Shown piece by piece: positions 47,044-57,224 of a stretch of DNA of 64,000 bases (position 1 is the stretch's first letter; each line of letters opens with the position of its first letter). The stretch is from IMG/VR virus record IMGVR_UViG_3300020404_001964, positions 1-64,000 of that record; one strand, 5' to 3'. The notes beneath the pieces are model-generated. The model made no database searches. It saw only the letters and a list, made by a program, of their open reading frames with translations, and was not told where the DNA came from. A program made the translations under genes and the position numbers. Source of the stretch: an uncultured virus (IMG/VR IMGVR_UViG_3300020404_001964). Taxonomy: Duplodnaviria; Heunggongvirae; Uroviricota; Caudoviricetes.

Positions 47044-47700
47044 TTATTTAAATGTTGGTGATTGTGGGAAAGGAATTTTCCAATGATCAACACCATCATA
47101 TTTTGCTTCGATACCTTCTAAAGTAGTTTTGTATGCTGTGATCTCTGCTATTTCGCCATCGCTGTATACATCACTTCTTGCTAATTCTGTTGTACAAGCC
47201 GCTATTTGTTGATTAATTCCTTCTAAAAAAGATTCTCTTGTAATTCCGTGTGTTTTAAATTCTGGCATTACTATTGCGTTGTTTTCCCATTTCATTGTTT
47301 CAATGTTGTAAATTTGTGAAAGAAGACCTGTACCATCGTTCCAATAGTGTTCCCAAGTTTCTGCGTTTCCTTCAGCATCTGTTGTGCCTAAATTTTCTGT
47401 GTAATCAGCAACATCACCTGTTGTGTATTGTCTTGTGATTAATGCCGCGTGTAATGGAGCCGCATCTGCGTCTATTACTGCTGGAAGATGACCTTCCATT
47501 AAAGGACCTTCATTAGCCACCATTTCTTCTTCTGTGTCACCGTTACCGATAACATTTACGATATGACCAGTAGTAGCGTGATATTGAAATTTAATGTATC
47601 TTTCGCCGTTGTATACTGATGCTTGTTCTTTATCGTCAGAAAAATCATCAACGTATGGTTGATTTGGTATTTTAATGTTAAATGCTTTTTCTATTGCCAT
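47044..47700 (-). CDS. hypothetical protein (possible fibre assembly chaperone)
   Basis: C-terminal helix followed by HWKIPFPQSP; AGAGGA RBS and ATAAATA upstream. Confidence 0.55.
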   Translation of the reverse strand: MAIEKAFNIKIPNQPYVDDFSDDKEQASVYNGERYIKFQYHATTGHIVNVIGNGDTEEEMVANEGPLMEGHLPAVIDADAAPLHAALITRQYTTGDVADYTENLGTTDAEGNAETWEHYWNDGTGLLSQIYNIETMKWENNAIVMPEFKTHGITRESFLEGINQQIAACTTELARSDVYSDGEIAEITAYKTTLEGIEAKYDGVDHWKIPFPQSPTFK

Positions 47701-47738
47701 TTTTTTATCCTCTTACAGTTTTATTTATCAAATTACTA

Positions 47739-48713
47739 TTAACTTGCCGGAACAAACTTGATTCTAACTCCACCAAATCCACCTCTAATTCCGTGATCTC
47801 TTACATCTGGACATGGGTTTGGTGATAGTCCGCCTGCTCCAACAGGTAGATAATTGTTACAACCTTGCATCTCATAACATCCGCAAGATCTTGTTGATCT
47901 CCAACAGTGAGCATCTGGACTACCTTGTCTTGGCGTTTTAGTTGCCAAGTTAAGTGCCGCATACCACTGAAATAATTGGTTACCTGACCATTGTGACATC
48001 GGAGTTCCATCCGATTCTTTTTGGAAAGTAATCAAAGAACCTTCTTCTGAAAATAGACCAGCCGGTGTAGCCACGTGTTGTTGGAATCTACACTTACAGT
48101 GTGGACAACAACCAAAGAAACTAGCACATGAAAACTGTCCGCAACAGTTTTTACCTGCGTCACCGCCGTATCCTAATGAACACCAGTGACCGTTACAAAC
48201 GTTACATACTAGTCCACAGTTATCATTGTTGCATTTTGTGTAACAGAAACCTTGTGCTCTGTAACAACAGAACAATGAAGAACCTGTAGTACACATAGTT
48301 TTACCACCATAACCACCTCTTGAACATATACAACCATTACCGTTTGCTGATGTTACCCAACAAACTTCTGATTGCTCTGAACAACCTGAGTGACATAATG
48401 GGTGAGCATAACAACTGTGTCCTGTTTGACCAGTCATTGTATCACCTGCTTCTACTGTTATTTTTTTCTGTACGTATGCACCTGCGTTGCCTGGTAATCC
48501 ATCACCACAACAACACATTCTAGCACCTGAACCACCTGCACCCCAAACTTCAATAGTTGCTGTGCCGTCTACTCTAGCAGTCCAACAAATACCATTACAA
48601 AATTTTGAGTAATTCGTGCCTGAAGTGTATGAATAAATGTATCCAGTTTCGAGATTGTTTTCAATCATCTCTGCTGGGTTTCTAGTAGTTAATAATCCTT
48701 TTAAACTTGCCAT
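47739..48713 (-). CDS. Cys/Gly-rich virion (adhesin-like) protein, paralog 1
   Basis: EVWGAGGSG..MCCC; about 32 Cys by hand count; C-terminal RDH..RGG.G..RIKF. Confidence 0.7.
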   Translation of the reverse strand: MASLKGLLTTRNPAEMIENNLETGYIYSYTSGTNYSKFCNGICWTARVDGTATIEVWGAGGSGARMCCCGDGLPGNAGAYVQKKITVEAGDTMTGQTGHSCYAHPLCHSGCSEQSEVCWVTSANGNGCICSRGGYGGKTMCTTGSSLFCCYRAQGFCYTKCNNDNCGLVCNVCNGHWCSLGYGGDAGKNCCGQFSCASFFGCCPHCKCRFQQHVATPAGLFSEEGSLITFQKESDGTPMSQWSGNQLFQWYAALNLATKTPRQGSPDAHCWRSTRSCGCYEMQGCNNYLPVGAGGLSPNPCPDVRDHGIRGGFGGVRIKFVPAS

Positions 48714-48731
48714 ACTAATATTTATTCCTTC

Positions 48732-49748
48732 CTATGGTGCCGACGGCAGATCGTATTCATCTGTCGGTGACACAAACTTGATTCTCATTAAACCATGACC
48801 ACCTCTGTGTGCGTGATCTCTTACTCCATCACAAGGTGTTGGACCTTGTCCGCCAATACCTGCTGGATAGAAAGTGTTACAACCTTGTTGATTGTAACAA
48901 CCGCAACTTCTGTTACCTTCCCAACAACCAGTGTAAGGACCGCCTGTTGTAGGGTTACGTGTTGCTAAATTGAAACCATGTGAAGCATACATCCATCCGC
49001 CCATTCCTGACCATTGAGATCTTCCTGAGTCTGAATCCATTGTGTAATGTACTTCTCCACCTAGTGTTGAAATCATTCCTGGAGGAAATTTGTTAACTGG
49101 AACTTGTCTACAGTTACAGTTTGGTTGACATCCTCTGAAATAATGACAACTGAAACCGCCATAACAGTTAACGTCTCCGCCATAAGCAAAAGCACAGAAC
49201 TGAGGACAGTTTGCTGAATCCATAAAGTTACAAACGATACCACAATATGTGCCACCGCCTTGTGTGTTACAGAAGTTTGCCGCTACCGCACAGCAGTAGA
49301 TTGAAGAACCAGTTGAACACCATGTTCTTCCACCAATACCACCTTGGGCACAAATACATCCGTCACCGCCGCCGTCACCAAACCAACATACTTGAGTTGG
49401 CTCTGAACAGCCTCTAAAACATAAATCATCTGAGTTACCGCAAGATAAACCAATTTGAGCACAAATATAACAACCTTCTACCATAGTGATTGTTTTCTTC
49501 GCATAACCACCTGGGTTACCTGGAATACCTCCACCACAACAGCACATCTCTGCGCCTGAACCGCCAGCACCCCAAACTTCAATTGTTGCTGTACCATCTG
49601 ATGGTGCAACAAAACATACGTGACATCTAAAGTTTGTACCTCTTGATGTACCTGGATAATACTGATAGATTCTACCTTTTTCAAGGTTAGTTTCGTTTCC
49701 TACTGAAAAATCATATTTGGTTTGAAGTAATGTTGTTAAACTTGCCAT
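48732..49748 (-). CDS. Cys/Gly-rich virion (adhesin-like) protein, paralog 2
   Basis: EVWGAGGSGAEMCCC, CGIVCN, SCGCY..QGC and RDHAHRGGHG. Confidence 0.7.
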   Translation of the reverse strand: MASLTTLLQTKYDFSVGNETNLEKGRIYQYYPGTSRGTNFRCHVCFVAPSDGTATIEVWGAGGSGAEMCCCGGGIPGNPGGYAKKTITMVEGCYICAQIGLSCGNSDDLCFRGCSEPTQVCWFGDGGGDGCICAQGGIGGRTWCSTGSSIYCCAVAANFCNTQGGGTYCGIVCNFMDSANCPQFCAFAYGGDVNCYGGFSCHYFRGCQPNCNCRQVPVNKFPPGMISTLGGEVHYTMDSDSGRSQWSGMGGWMYASHGFNLATRNPTTGGPYTGCWEGNRSCGCYNQQGCNTFYPAGIGGQGPTPCDGVRDHAHRGGHGLMRIKFVSPTDEYDLPSAP

Positions 49749-49754
49749 AATAAA

Positions 49755-50717
49755 TTAACTTACGAATTTAATTCGCACTCCTCCGTGTCCACCTCTGATT
49801 GCGTGATCTCTAACACCTGGACATGGGTTAGGACCTCTTCCTCCTGTACCAATTGGCATTTGAGGAATACAACCGTCATTTTGATAACAACCACAAGCAA
49901 CACCACCGTCCCAACAACTTGCCCACGGCACACCGCCTGTTGGGAATCTGCCTGAACCTAGGTTTGCTAAATGATGATAGTGGCCCATACCTGACCAGTT
50001 TTGTGTTCCATTGAAATCATCGTTTGTGTACGTAATCATTCTACCTTCTTTAGAACCCATTCCTGGGGGAGTTGGTGTATGATGATTAAACATACAAATA
50101 CATGATGGGTAACAGCCAAATGCTGACACACATGACATCTTACCGCATTTATTTTCTTGTCCACCATAACCTCTAGCACACCATGAACCATCACATTGGT
50201 TACAAATTATACCACAGTTATCGTTATTTGTTCTTGTTACACAGAAACCGTTTGCTCTGTAACAACAATAAAATGATGAGTTAGTAGAACAATAAGTTAC
50301 TCCACCTTTTCCACCTTCTGAACAAGCACAAGTTTCGTTACTTGCTATACAAAATCTTACTAGAGTTGCTTCTGAGCAACCTCTGAAACATAATGAGTCT
50401 GAGTTACCACAACTTTGACCTGTACATCCGCAGATGTAATCTCCTGGAGACATTGAAACTTGTTTTTTAACATAAGCGCCTGAGTTTCCAGGTAATCCAA
50501 AACCACAACAACACATTTCTGCGCCTGATCCACCTGCTCCCCAAATTTCTACTATTGCTGTTCCTGCCACTTCTGGATGAAAACAAAATCCGCACCATAA
50601 TCTCGAGTAGTTAGCACCTTGAGTGTAAACGTAAATACGTCCTTTCTCTAGGTTACTTTCTTCAACCGAGACGAATGAGTCCTGTTTTGTTCCAAGTAAT
50701 GATTTTAAACTAGCCAT
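49755..50717 (-). CDS. Cys/Gly-rich virion (adhesin-like) protein, paralog 3
   Basis: EIWGAGGSGAEMCCC, CGIICN, CGCY..DGC and RDHAIRGGHGGVRIKF. Confidence 0.7.
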   Translation of the reverse strand: MASLKSLLGTKQDSFVSVEESNLEKGRIYVYTQGANYSRLWCGFCFHPEVAGTAIVEIWGAGGSGAEMCCCGFGLPGNSGAYVKKQVSMSPGDYICGCTGQSCGNSDSLCFRGCSEATLVRFCIASNETCACSEGGKGGVTYCSTNSSFYCCYRANGFCVTRTNNDNCGIICNQCDGSWCARGYGGQENKCGKMSCVSAFGCYPSCICMFNHHTPTPPGMGSKEGRMITYTNDDFNGTQNWSGMGHYHHLANLGSGRFPTGGVPWASCWDGGVACGCYQNDGCIPQMPIGTGGRGPNPCPGVRDHAIRGGHGGVRIKFVS

Positions 50718-50775
50718 AATCTTTGTTTCTCCAAGTTAAGTAATGTAAATTTAGTATAAAAAATATTATAAAAAA

Positions 50776-51108
50776 TTATACAGCACCTACTATCCAACCA
50801 TAAGTTGGACCAGTGTAAATTAAAGTCATGATCGCACCATTTAAGTCAGCAGTTAAATCATCTGCAGAACCTTGTATTAGTGAACCATTCCTAGCAACTG
50901 TAACCGCGTTAGTTCCAAAGTTCGATGTTGCGTCAATGATTTGAATTGTGTCATTGATCAACAAAGAAGCGTTTAGAGGTAACGTGATTGTGAAAGTACC
51001 ACCGGCACTATCTGCTAAGATTCTATCATTTACAACTGCTTGGTAAGTTGTACTCACTTCTCTAGTGACTACGCCAGCAGTTCCAGTTGTTGATATGTAT
51101 CTTCCCAT
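50776..51108 (-). CDS. small baseplate / fibre connector domain protein (gp9/gp10-like)
   Basis: DSAGGTFTITLP...D.IQIID...F.TN.VTV.RNG..IQG; exact TATAAATA at 51133-51140. Confidence 0.55.
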   Translation of the reverse strand: MGRYISTTGTAGVVTREVSTTYQAVVNDRILADSAGGTFTITLPLNASLLINDTIQIIDATSNFGTNAVTVARNGSLIQGSADDLTADLNGAIMTLIYTGPTYGWIVGAV

Positions 51109-51155
51109 TGTTTTTGTTTCCTTTGTTATTACTATTTATATAATTTTCCTTAAAA

Positions 51156-51476
51156 TTATGCTGTACTTGTTTCAATACCACTTACAACACAACTTACATT
51201 AGCACCACTTGATCGTGCTACCAATAATTGTCCTGTATTCAGTACTAAACCAGTTCTTTCCAGCACACCATGACTCAAAATTTCTGTTTCAAATTCAACA
51301 TATTCTGAGTTATCTGGCGTCGCCGAATCTGCTACCGCTAATCTCACTGTAACTGCTTGGTTACCTCTGTTACAAAACGATACCGTCGCCACTGTAAAAG
51401 TGTCAGCAGGTGTCGTATATACAGTCGTATTAGTAGCGGCTAAAAGATCTGCTTTTCCTATTCTTCCTGAAGCCAT
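51156..51476 (-). CDS. hypothetical structural protein
   Basis: Beta-rich 106-aa ORF with an AGGAGA RBS. Confidence 0.6.
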   Translation of the reverse strand: MASGRIGKADLLAATNTTVYTTPADTFTVATVSFCNRGNQAVTVRLAVADSATPDNSEYVEFETEILSHGVLERTGLVLNTGQLLVARSSGANVSCVVSGIETSTA

Positions 51477-51489
51477 CGTTTTTTCTCCT

Positions 51490-54400
51490 TTAACTATGTA
51501 TTAAGTAGTTCATCGCAATCGGCACACCAGTAACTCCTTTTGTGAAGTTAGTGACGCTTTGGAAATTGATTCCTACGTTGTTACTTGTACTTATCGTATT
51601 ACCTGTAATTACCACTAATCCAGCCGTAATTAAGTTAACATTGAGCGAACTAGCACCACCACCAATTTGTGAAGCGATATAAGTTCTAATTGCCCTCTGA
51701 GTCGGTACAATCGCGTCTGAATTAGCCGCCATTGTGCCATCAGTTGAGAATTCATTGATAGAAGCACTTGTTCCACCTAATGCTAAATCACCCAACTGTA
51801 ATTCTTGTAGTCCTGATATGTTAAATGCATCAGCATTCAATGAAGCAATACCAGTTGCTTGTTCTACAGAGAATAAATCTCCAACTCTAAAGTTACCGTC
51901 TTGGTCTGTAGAAGTAAAGAATACTCTTCCTCCACCACCTTCAACAGTTTCATTTGCTGGAATTGGATTTTGGTTTGGTAAACCTGGATAGTTAGTTGAA
52001 CTAAAGTTACCTGTACCAATATCTAAGAAGTCATGTCCTGTCAATCTAACTTGAGAATATCTTATTCTCATCTCTAAAGTCTGTCCGTGTTCTGGAGATT
52101 GAGAAACTTTCAAGTCTGGAGATATTTGTAATAGTCCTGTGAAAGGAGTTTGTGTTCCTAGTTGTTGGTTTACAGCAACAAGTTTAAAGTATTGTCCTGG
52201 TAAGTGACCAAATTCTATGTTTGAACCTGCTCTTGGAATTGAAGTTAAATTTTCAACAGCAATGTATTTGCCTGATTGATAATCATCTCTAAATCCACCA
52301 AATGTTTCTGCTGTGCCGGCACTTGCATATGCTGTGTAGCCAGTTGAATCAATTGGAGTTGTTAAATCATTATCTGCGTAAATTTCAAATGTATCTACAG
52401 TTAACACTCTTGCGTAATAGTAAACACCAGTATTCAATTCTACCATTCCTAGTATAGCATCAAATTTAACTTTGTCACCTGTGTTAAAGTTGTGTGCCGC
52501 TGACGTTGTGATTACTGCCGGTGAAGCCTGTGTAATTCCTGACACAGTTGCTTGTACACCTTGTTCTGTAATTGAAGCAGAAGCAGTTACATAATCTGTA
52601 CCTCTAGCAACAAAAGTTGGTTGACCTAATACACCATCTCCAATGTATGCTTGTACTGGAGCATCTGTTGTGTTGTTAGGATCTGTAAATGATACTGTTG
52701 GTGCTGATGTGTAAGACGCACCACAGTCTAATATTTTAACATTAGAAATAACATCTCCAGTTACAACTGCTCTAGCAACTGCTTGTCTTGGAGTTGTAGA
52801 ACCATCGTTTTGTGGAGCACCTATTACTACTCTTGGAGTAATTTCATAAATTGTTGTTGAATCTAATGTTGCCTCAACTGCTTTGCCACCTAATGTGTCC
52901 CAACCTGCTGAATCATCTGAGAATTTTTTAATTGTAGCAATTTTACTTGAAGAACTGTAAGTGTCAATGTAACCGTATTGTCCAGCACCTTTACCTTCAG
53001 TAACAAATAATGCCATTCCTGGATACACACCACTTGCCGCAGAATCTGCCGCCGCTAAAGTAATTTGTGTTGTTGTTCCTGTTTGTGCGGAGTTAGTTGT
53101 TGTTACATAACCTTTACCACCTAAATCTGATGGATCAGAAGCAGGAGTTTCCATTAATCTTACTTTGTAAACACCGCCTGTATTGTAAGTTGCCGCAACA
53201 CCGTTTAATCCAAAACCATCACCTGATATTGTGATTGTTGCGTTAGAATATTCTCTACCAGCATTTCCAAATTCAAGAGCAAGTATTTGATCACCGTCTG
53301 TGAATACACTGTCAACTAGAGCATCTGTTGATCTGTTATTAACTTTTCCTGTTACAGGAATTTCAGTTGGGTCAACACCTTCTGCCACACAACCAAAGTC
53401 ACCATAAGATGAGTTACCGTTTGTAGCACGTATTTTTCCACCTGTTTCTGCTAGGTATCCAATGTGTCCGTAGTATGAGAACACTGATACAAGTTCTGCT
53501 CTACCTAAGTTTGTAATCCAAGCACCAATACCATCTGATATTACTTGCGTAAAGTCATTTGATACCATAGAATCGTTACCACCTGCGTGTAAGTCACCAT
53601 CAATTTTTTGTCCTACAGCACCAGTTCCAAACGTTGTAACGTTTTGAATGTAAGGTGATCTACCACCTAATCTAGTGATTGATTCTTCTTGTACTGCGTT
53701 TGTAGTTGCACTTACCCATCTGTGTTCGTATTGTTGTCCTCCTGGACTTGCTCCAACATTAACAGTGATTGTTGTTAAAGTTGTTGCTTCAACTAATAAT
53801 TCTTTACCTGCCGCTGGGTCCGATGCTCTTGGATAATCATGATTTGAACCATGTCCGTCTTGAGCACACGTGAAACGTAAACTTGCTGTTGTGATTCTTA
53901 CAGTATCACCTGGTGATATTTGGTGTGCACCAATTGTTAACACTGTTGTACCTGTCGCAGGGTCATATGTACCATTTGTTGGTGTAAATTGACCTGTTCC
54001 AGCAGTTGTGTTAGCAATCCATGTGCTTGTATCTAGTGGACCAAATCCTGGATCTAGAGAAACAAAAGCACCTGCTGATGGACGTTTTGTACCATAACTG
54101 TTTGCCGCACCCAATGAACCTGTTAGTCCTTGAACAGTGGCATTTCTTAAACCTGTAGCATTTCTCATATAGAACATATCAGAAGTTGTACTACCTGATA
54201 CAGAGTTCACATACCATTTAGCACCTTTTAGTGCCATGTAGTTTCCTGTGTATTGTAAATCGTAAATGATTGAATCTACATAATCTTTAACATCGTCTTC
54301 ACAGTCAGTTTGATTGAAAGTGTAACCTGGATTTGCTCTTTTCACAAATTCTGACACTTCTCTTGCCATAAAGTCTCTGTTTGCTAATAATCTTAAACGT

Positions 54401-57189
54401 GCATCTGTGTAACCAGCATCTGTGTTAGGAATTCTACTTCCTGCTAATGTTGGCTCAGTACCATTTGCGTTAATTTTGAAATCAATATATTTTTCAATGT
54501 TATCAACAATCGCCGCCGCCGCTGTACCAGCCGCCGCACTACCTGCCGGCACTGCTGTGTTTTGTGCGATGTTGTTTCCTGATGTTACTGAAGATATTGT
54601 AAATGTAACATTTTCACCAATTGCTGTGTCACCAGTGCTTGGATTATTAATTAATTCTGTTGAAGGAATAGTAATTGAATCACCAGCAACATAACCTTGT
54701 CCTGGAGCCGCAACTGCTAATGATAAAAGGAAACCAAATGAGTTTGTACTTATTGTGAAAGTAGCACCTGTACCTGAACCAGTTGTTGTTGAGTTAACTG
54801 TACCAGTACCTTCAATTAAATTACCACCTTGATAACCTAAACTGTTTCCAGTTGGAACTCCAACAACACCACCTGATGGTGTTACTGTAACAGCATTGTT
54901 TTGAACAACATCTGAAATAATTGCTTCTAAACGTTGTATACCTTGTAATGAATATTGAACATCACCGCTTGGTGTTAAAGCACCTGCTGGTCTGATGTTA
55001 GTTGATCTTAATTCATCTCCAACCACAGCACAATTTTGTGGAACACTCATTGGAAGTATTTCGTTGTATATTCCAGTTTTTACATTTAAAGTAATTTGTG
55101 GTGATGCTTTTGCTGGCACACCGTTTACGTTGCCGGCTGTAATAGCATCTGATGAAAGTGTCATTAAAGTTTCGATGTCAGCGGACACAGTTGATTCTGC
55201 CACTTTAGTTAAATCTGAAACTTGTAAAGTTGTACCTTGTGATGGTGTGTAAGAAGATGAATTAGCAACTACTTGTTGAGCAATGTATGCCGCTCTAACA
55301 ATAGCCGCCGCCGTTTCTGCTTCTTGTCCAGTTACGTATGAAGCACCTGCTGGAGTGAAATAACTTAATGCCGCTTTTCTTGATTCAACATTTCCACCTT
55401 TACGTAAATCATTTATTGTAGCATCAATAAGAATACCTATATCTCTTCTACATTTTGTTGCACTGTACGTAAATGAGTTTGTGAATGGTGAAATATTACC
55501 AGCAATTTGAACATTGATCCAAGCAATAACTTCGTCTTGTATGAATGCTTTGTTTCTTGTTAATAAGTTTACACCTTGTGGATTTCTTGGTCCTAAATCT
55601 ATTTGATGTAGTGCGTATCTTACAGTTTTAAATGGAGCATCAAGTGTAACACCTGCATTTGGAGCCGCAGTATCTACACCACTTGGACCAACATAGTAAA
55701 CTTGATCTACTTGTCCAACAAAACCCCATTCAGGTAATGTTCCTGCCGCATTAACAACAAGTGCTTGTCCTGAAGCACCAATCGGTAATCTTGCTGGTCC
55801 TGAAGCACCGTAAATTAAAATATCACCTTCTGCTGATAATACATCATTTTCTGGACCACCTGATAATAATTCCCAAACAGATGTATCAACACCAGCCCCT
55901 GGTGCATAATCTGGTTGATTAATTGTTGAAGGTCCAACGTTGTTTGATGTGTGTGCTGTAACACAAATGTAAGATGTGTCTGTGTTTACTGATCCTCTTA
56001 CAATGTCACCTTTGTCATAAACAGTTGCGTTGTTCCAAGTACCTTTCCAGTATAAACCTTCGTTAAGTTTATCCCAGTGTAGTACACTTGGTGGTCTGTT
56101 TCCTGTTGTGTCAGCGATAGCAATGTAAGTTGTACCACCAACTCTAACAACGTCACCTGTTTTGTAAGCCGTACCGTTGTTGTAATCACCTTTTAAACTG
56201 AAACCTGTTACAAATAAATCCCAATCAGTAGTTTCTGTTGATGGAACTTTGTTGTCATTGTTTGTAAGTGCAACATATTGATAACCTCCGTAAGTAACAA
56301 TGTCACCTGGTTGGTATAATGTTGCTGAACTCCATGAATCTTCAAATTCTAATCCTGGAATAAAAATTTCCCAATTGGCTTCGTCTGCCGCCAATGATGC
56401 ACCTGCTGTGTGAGCCGCAGTTGCGATCCAAAGGTTAGCACCATATTTTACAACGTCATTGACTTTGTATCTTGTTGCTGTTACCCATGCACCTAAATAT
56501 TCAATACCTTTGTGTAAGTATTGCCATTTTGCTTGATCGGCTTCTAATCCTAAAGAAGCAGTTGCCGCCGAAGCGTGTCCTGTTATACAAACATAAAGTT
56601 GTCCACCATATCTTACTGTGTCGTTAGGTTTGTATCTTGTGTTTATTGCCCAAGCATTTAACCAATTGAAACCTTTAGCAAATACTTCCCACTTTGCTAT
56701 ATCTGTTTCTAAACCATCTGCTGTTGTTGCCGCTGATGTGTGTTCTGTAGTACAAAGATAAACTGTTGCACCATATCTAACTAAATCGTTAACTTTATAT
56801 CTTGTTGAAATTGCCCAATCTGATTTGTAATCAAAACCTTCAATGAAAAGATCCCATTTAGATAAGTCGCCTTCTAAACCTACATTAACATCTACGTTTG
56901 ATGTGTGACCTGTGTTACAAATATAAATGTAACCACCGTATTTTACAACATCATTTGGTTTGTATGTTGTGTTAACTCCCCAGTCACCTTTCCATTCTTG
57001 ACCATCGGACATCAATGCCCAATTTGCCGCTGTTAAATCATTTTGAAATTCCGCCGCAGACGTGTGGTTTACTATACAAATATAGGTTCTACCACCATAT
57101 CTTACAACATCATCAACAGAATAAAGTGCGCCTGTGTACCAAGCACCTTTCCAAACAAAACGTATTCTTCCTAATTTAAACTCAGCCAT
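51490..57189 (-). CDS. giant tail fibre/spike-like protein (1899 aa) with carbohydrate-binding-like repeats
   Basis: Tandem KG.W.....Y...D.V.YGG..YIC...HTS repeats (CBM5/12-like), VYYV..G.D...PFKT and a beta-helix-like region. Confidence 0.75.
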   Translation of the reverse strand: MAEFKLGRIRFVWKGAWYTGALYSVDDVVRYGGRTYICIVNHTSAAEFQNDLTAANWALMSDGQEWKGDWGVNTTYKPNDVVKYGGYIYICNTGHTSNVDVNVGLEGDLSKWDLFIEGFDYKSDWAISTRYKVNDLVRYGATVYLCTTEHTSAATTADGLETDIAKWEVFAKGFNWLNAWAINTRYKPNDTVRYGGQLYVCITGHASAATASLGLEADQAKWQYLHKGIEYLGAWVTATRYKVNDVVKYGANLWIATAAHTAGASLAADEANWEIFIPGLEFEDSWSSATLYQPGDIVTYGGYQYVALTNNDNKVPSTETTDWDLFVTGFSLKGDYNNGTAYKTGDVVRVGGTTYIAIADTTGNRPPSVLHWDKLNEGLYWKGTWNNATVYDKGDIVRGSVNTDTSYICVTAHTSNNVGPSTINQPDYAPGAGVDTSVWELLSGGPENDVLSAEGDILIYGASGPARLPIGASGQALVVNAAGTLPEWGFVGQVDQVYYVGPSGVDTAAPNAGVTLDAPFKTVRYALHQIDLGPRNPQGVNLLTRNKAFIQDEVIAWINVQIAGNISPFTNSFTYSATKCRRDIGILIDATINDLRKGGNVESRKAALSYFTPAGASYVTGQEAETAAAIVRAAYIAQQVVANSSSYTPSQGTTLQVSDLTKVAESTVSADIETLMTLSSDAITAGNVNGVPAKASPQITLNVKTGIYNEILPMSVPQNCAVVGDELRSTNIRPAGALTPSGDVQYSLQGIQRLEAIISDVVQNNAVTVTPSGGVVGVPTGNSLGYQGGNLIEGTGTVNSTTTGSGTGATFTISTNSFGFLLSLAVAAPGQGYVAGDSITIPSTELINNPSTGDTAIGENVTFTISSVTSGNNIAQNTAVPAGSAAAGTAAAAIVDNIEKYIDFKINANGTEPTLAGSRIPNTDAGYTDARLRLLANRDFMAREVSEFVKRANPGYTFNQTDCEDDVKDYVDSIIYDLQYTGNYMALKGAKWYVNSVSGSTTSDMFYMRNATGLRNATVQGLTGSLGAANSYGTKRPSAGAFVSLDPGFGPLDTSTWIANTTAGTGQFTPTNGTYDPATGTTVLTIGAHQISPGDTVRITTASLRFTCAQDGHGSNHDYPRASDPAAGKELLVEATTLTTITVNVGASPGGQQYEHRWVSATTNAVQEESITRLGGRSPYIQNVTTFGTGAVGQKIDGDLHAGGNDSMVSNDFTQVISDGIGAWITNLGRAELVSVFSYYGHIGYLAETGGKIRATNGNSSYGDFGCVAEGVDPTEIPVTGKVNNRSTDALVDSVFTDGDQILALEFGNAGREYSNATITISGDGFGLNGVAATYNTGGVYKVRLMETPASDPSDLGGKGYVTTTNSAQTGTTTQITLAAADSAASGVYPGMALFVTEGKGAGQYGYIDTYSSSSKIATIKKFSDDSAGWDTLGGKAVEATLDSTTIYEITPRVVIGAPQNDGSTTPRQAVARAVVTGDVISNVKILDCGASYTSAPTVSFTDPNNTTDAPVQAYIGDGVLGQPTFVARGTDYVTASASITEQGVQATVSGITQASPAVITTSAAHNFNTGDKVKFDAILGMVELNTGVYYYARVLTVDTFEIYADNDLTTPIDSTGYTAYASAGTAETFGGFRDDYQSGKYIAVENLTSIPRAGSNIEFGHLPGQYFKLVAVNQQLGTQTPFTGLLQISPDLKVSQSPEHGQTLEMRIRYSQVRLTGHDFLDIGTGNFSSTNYPGLPNQNPIPANETVEGGGGRVFFTSTDQDGNFRVGDLFSVEQATGIASLNADAFNISGLQELQLGDLALGGTSASINEFSTDGTMAANSDAIVPTQRAIRTYIASQIGGGASSLNVNLITAGLVVITGNTISTSNNVGINFQSVTNFTKGVTGVPIAMNYLIHS

Positions 57190-57224
57190 GGGTTAATATA
57201 TCCTCTTATTGTAGTTATTTATCA

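Noticed and set aside
47739..50717. Diversity-generating retroelement or invertible cassette behind the three paralogs
   Set aside because: No reverse transcriptase or recombinase is in the window, and I saw no near-identical template/variable repeat pair; divergence is spread throughout.
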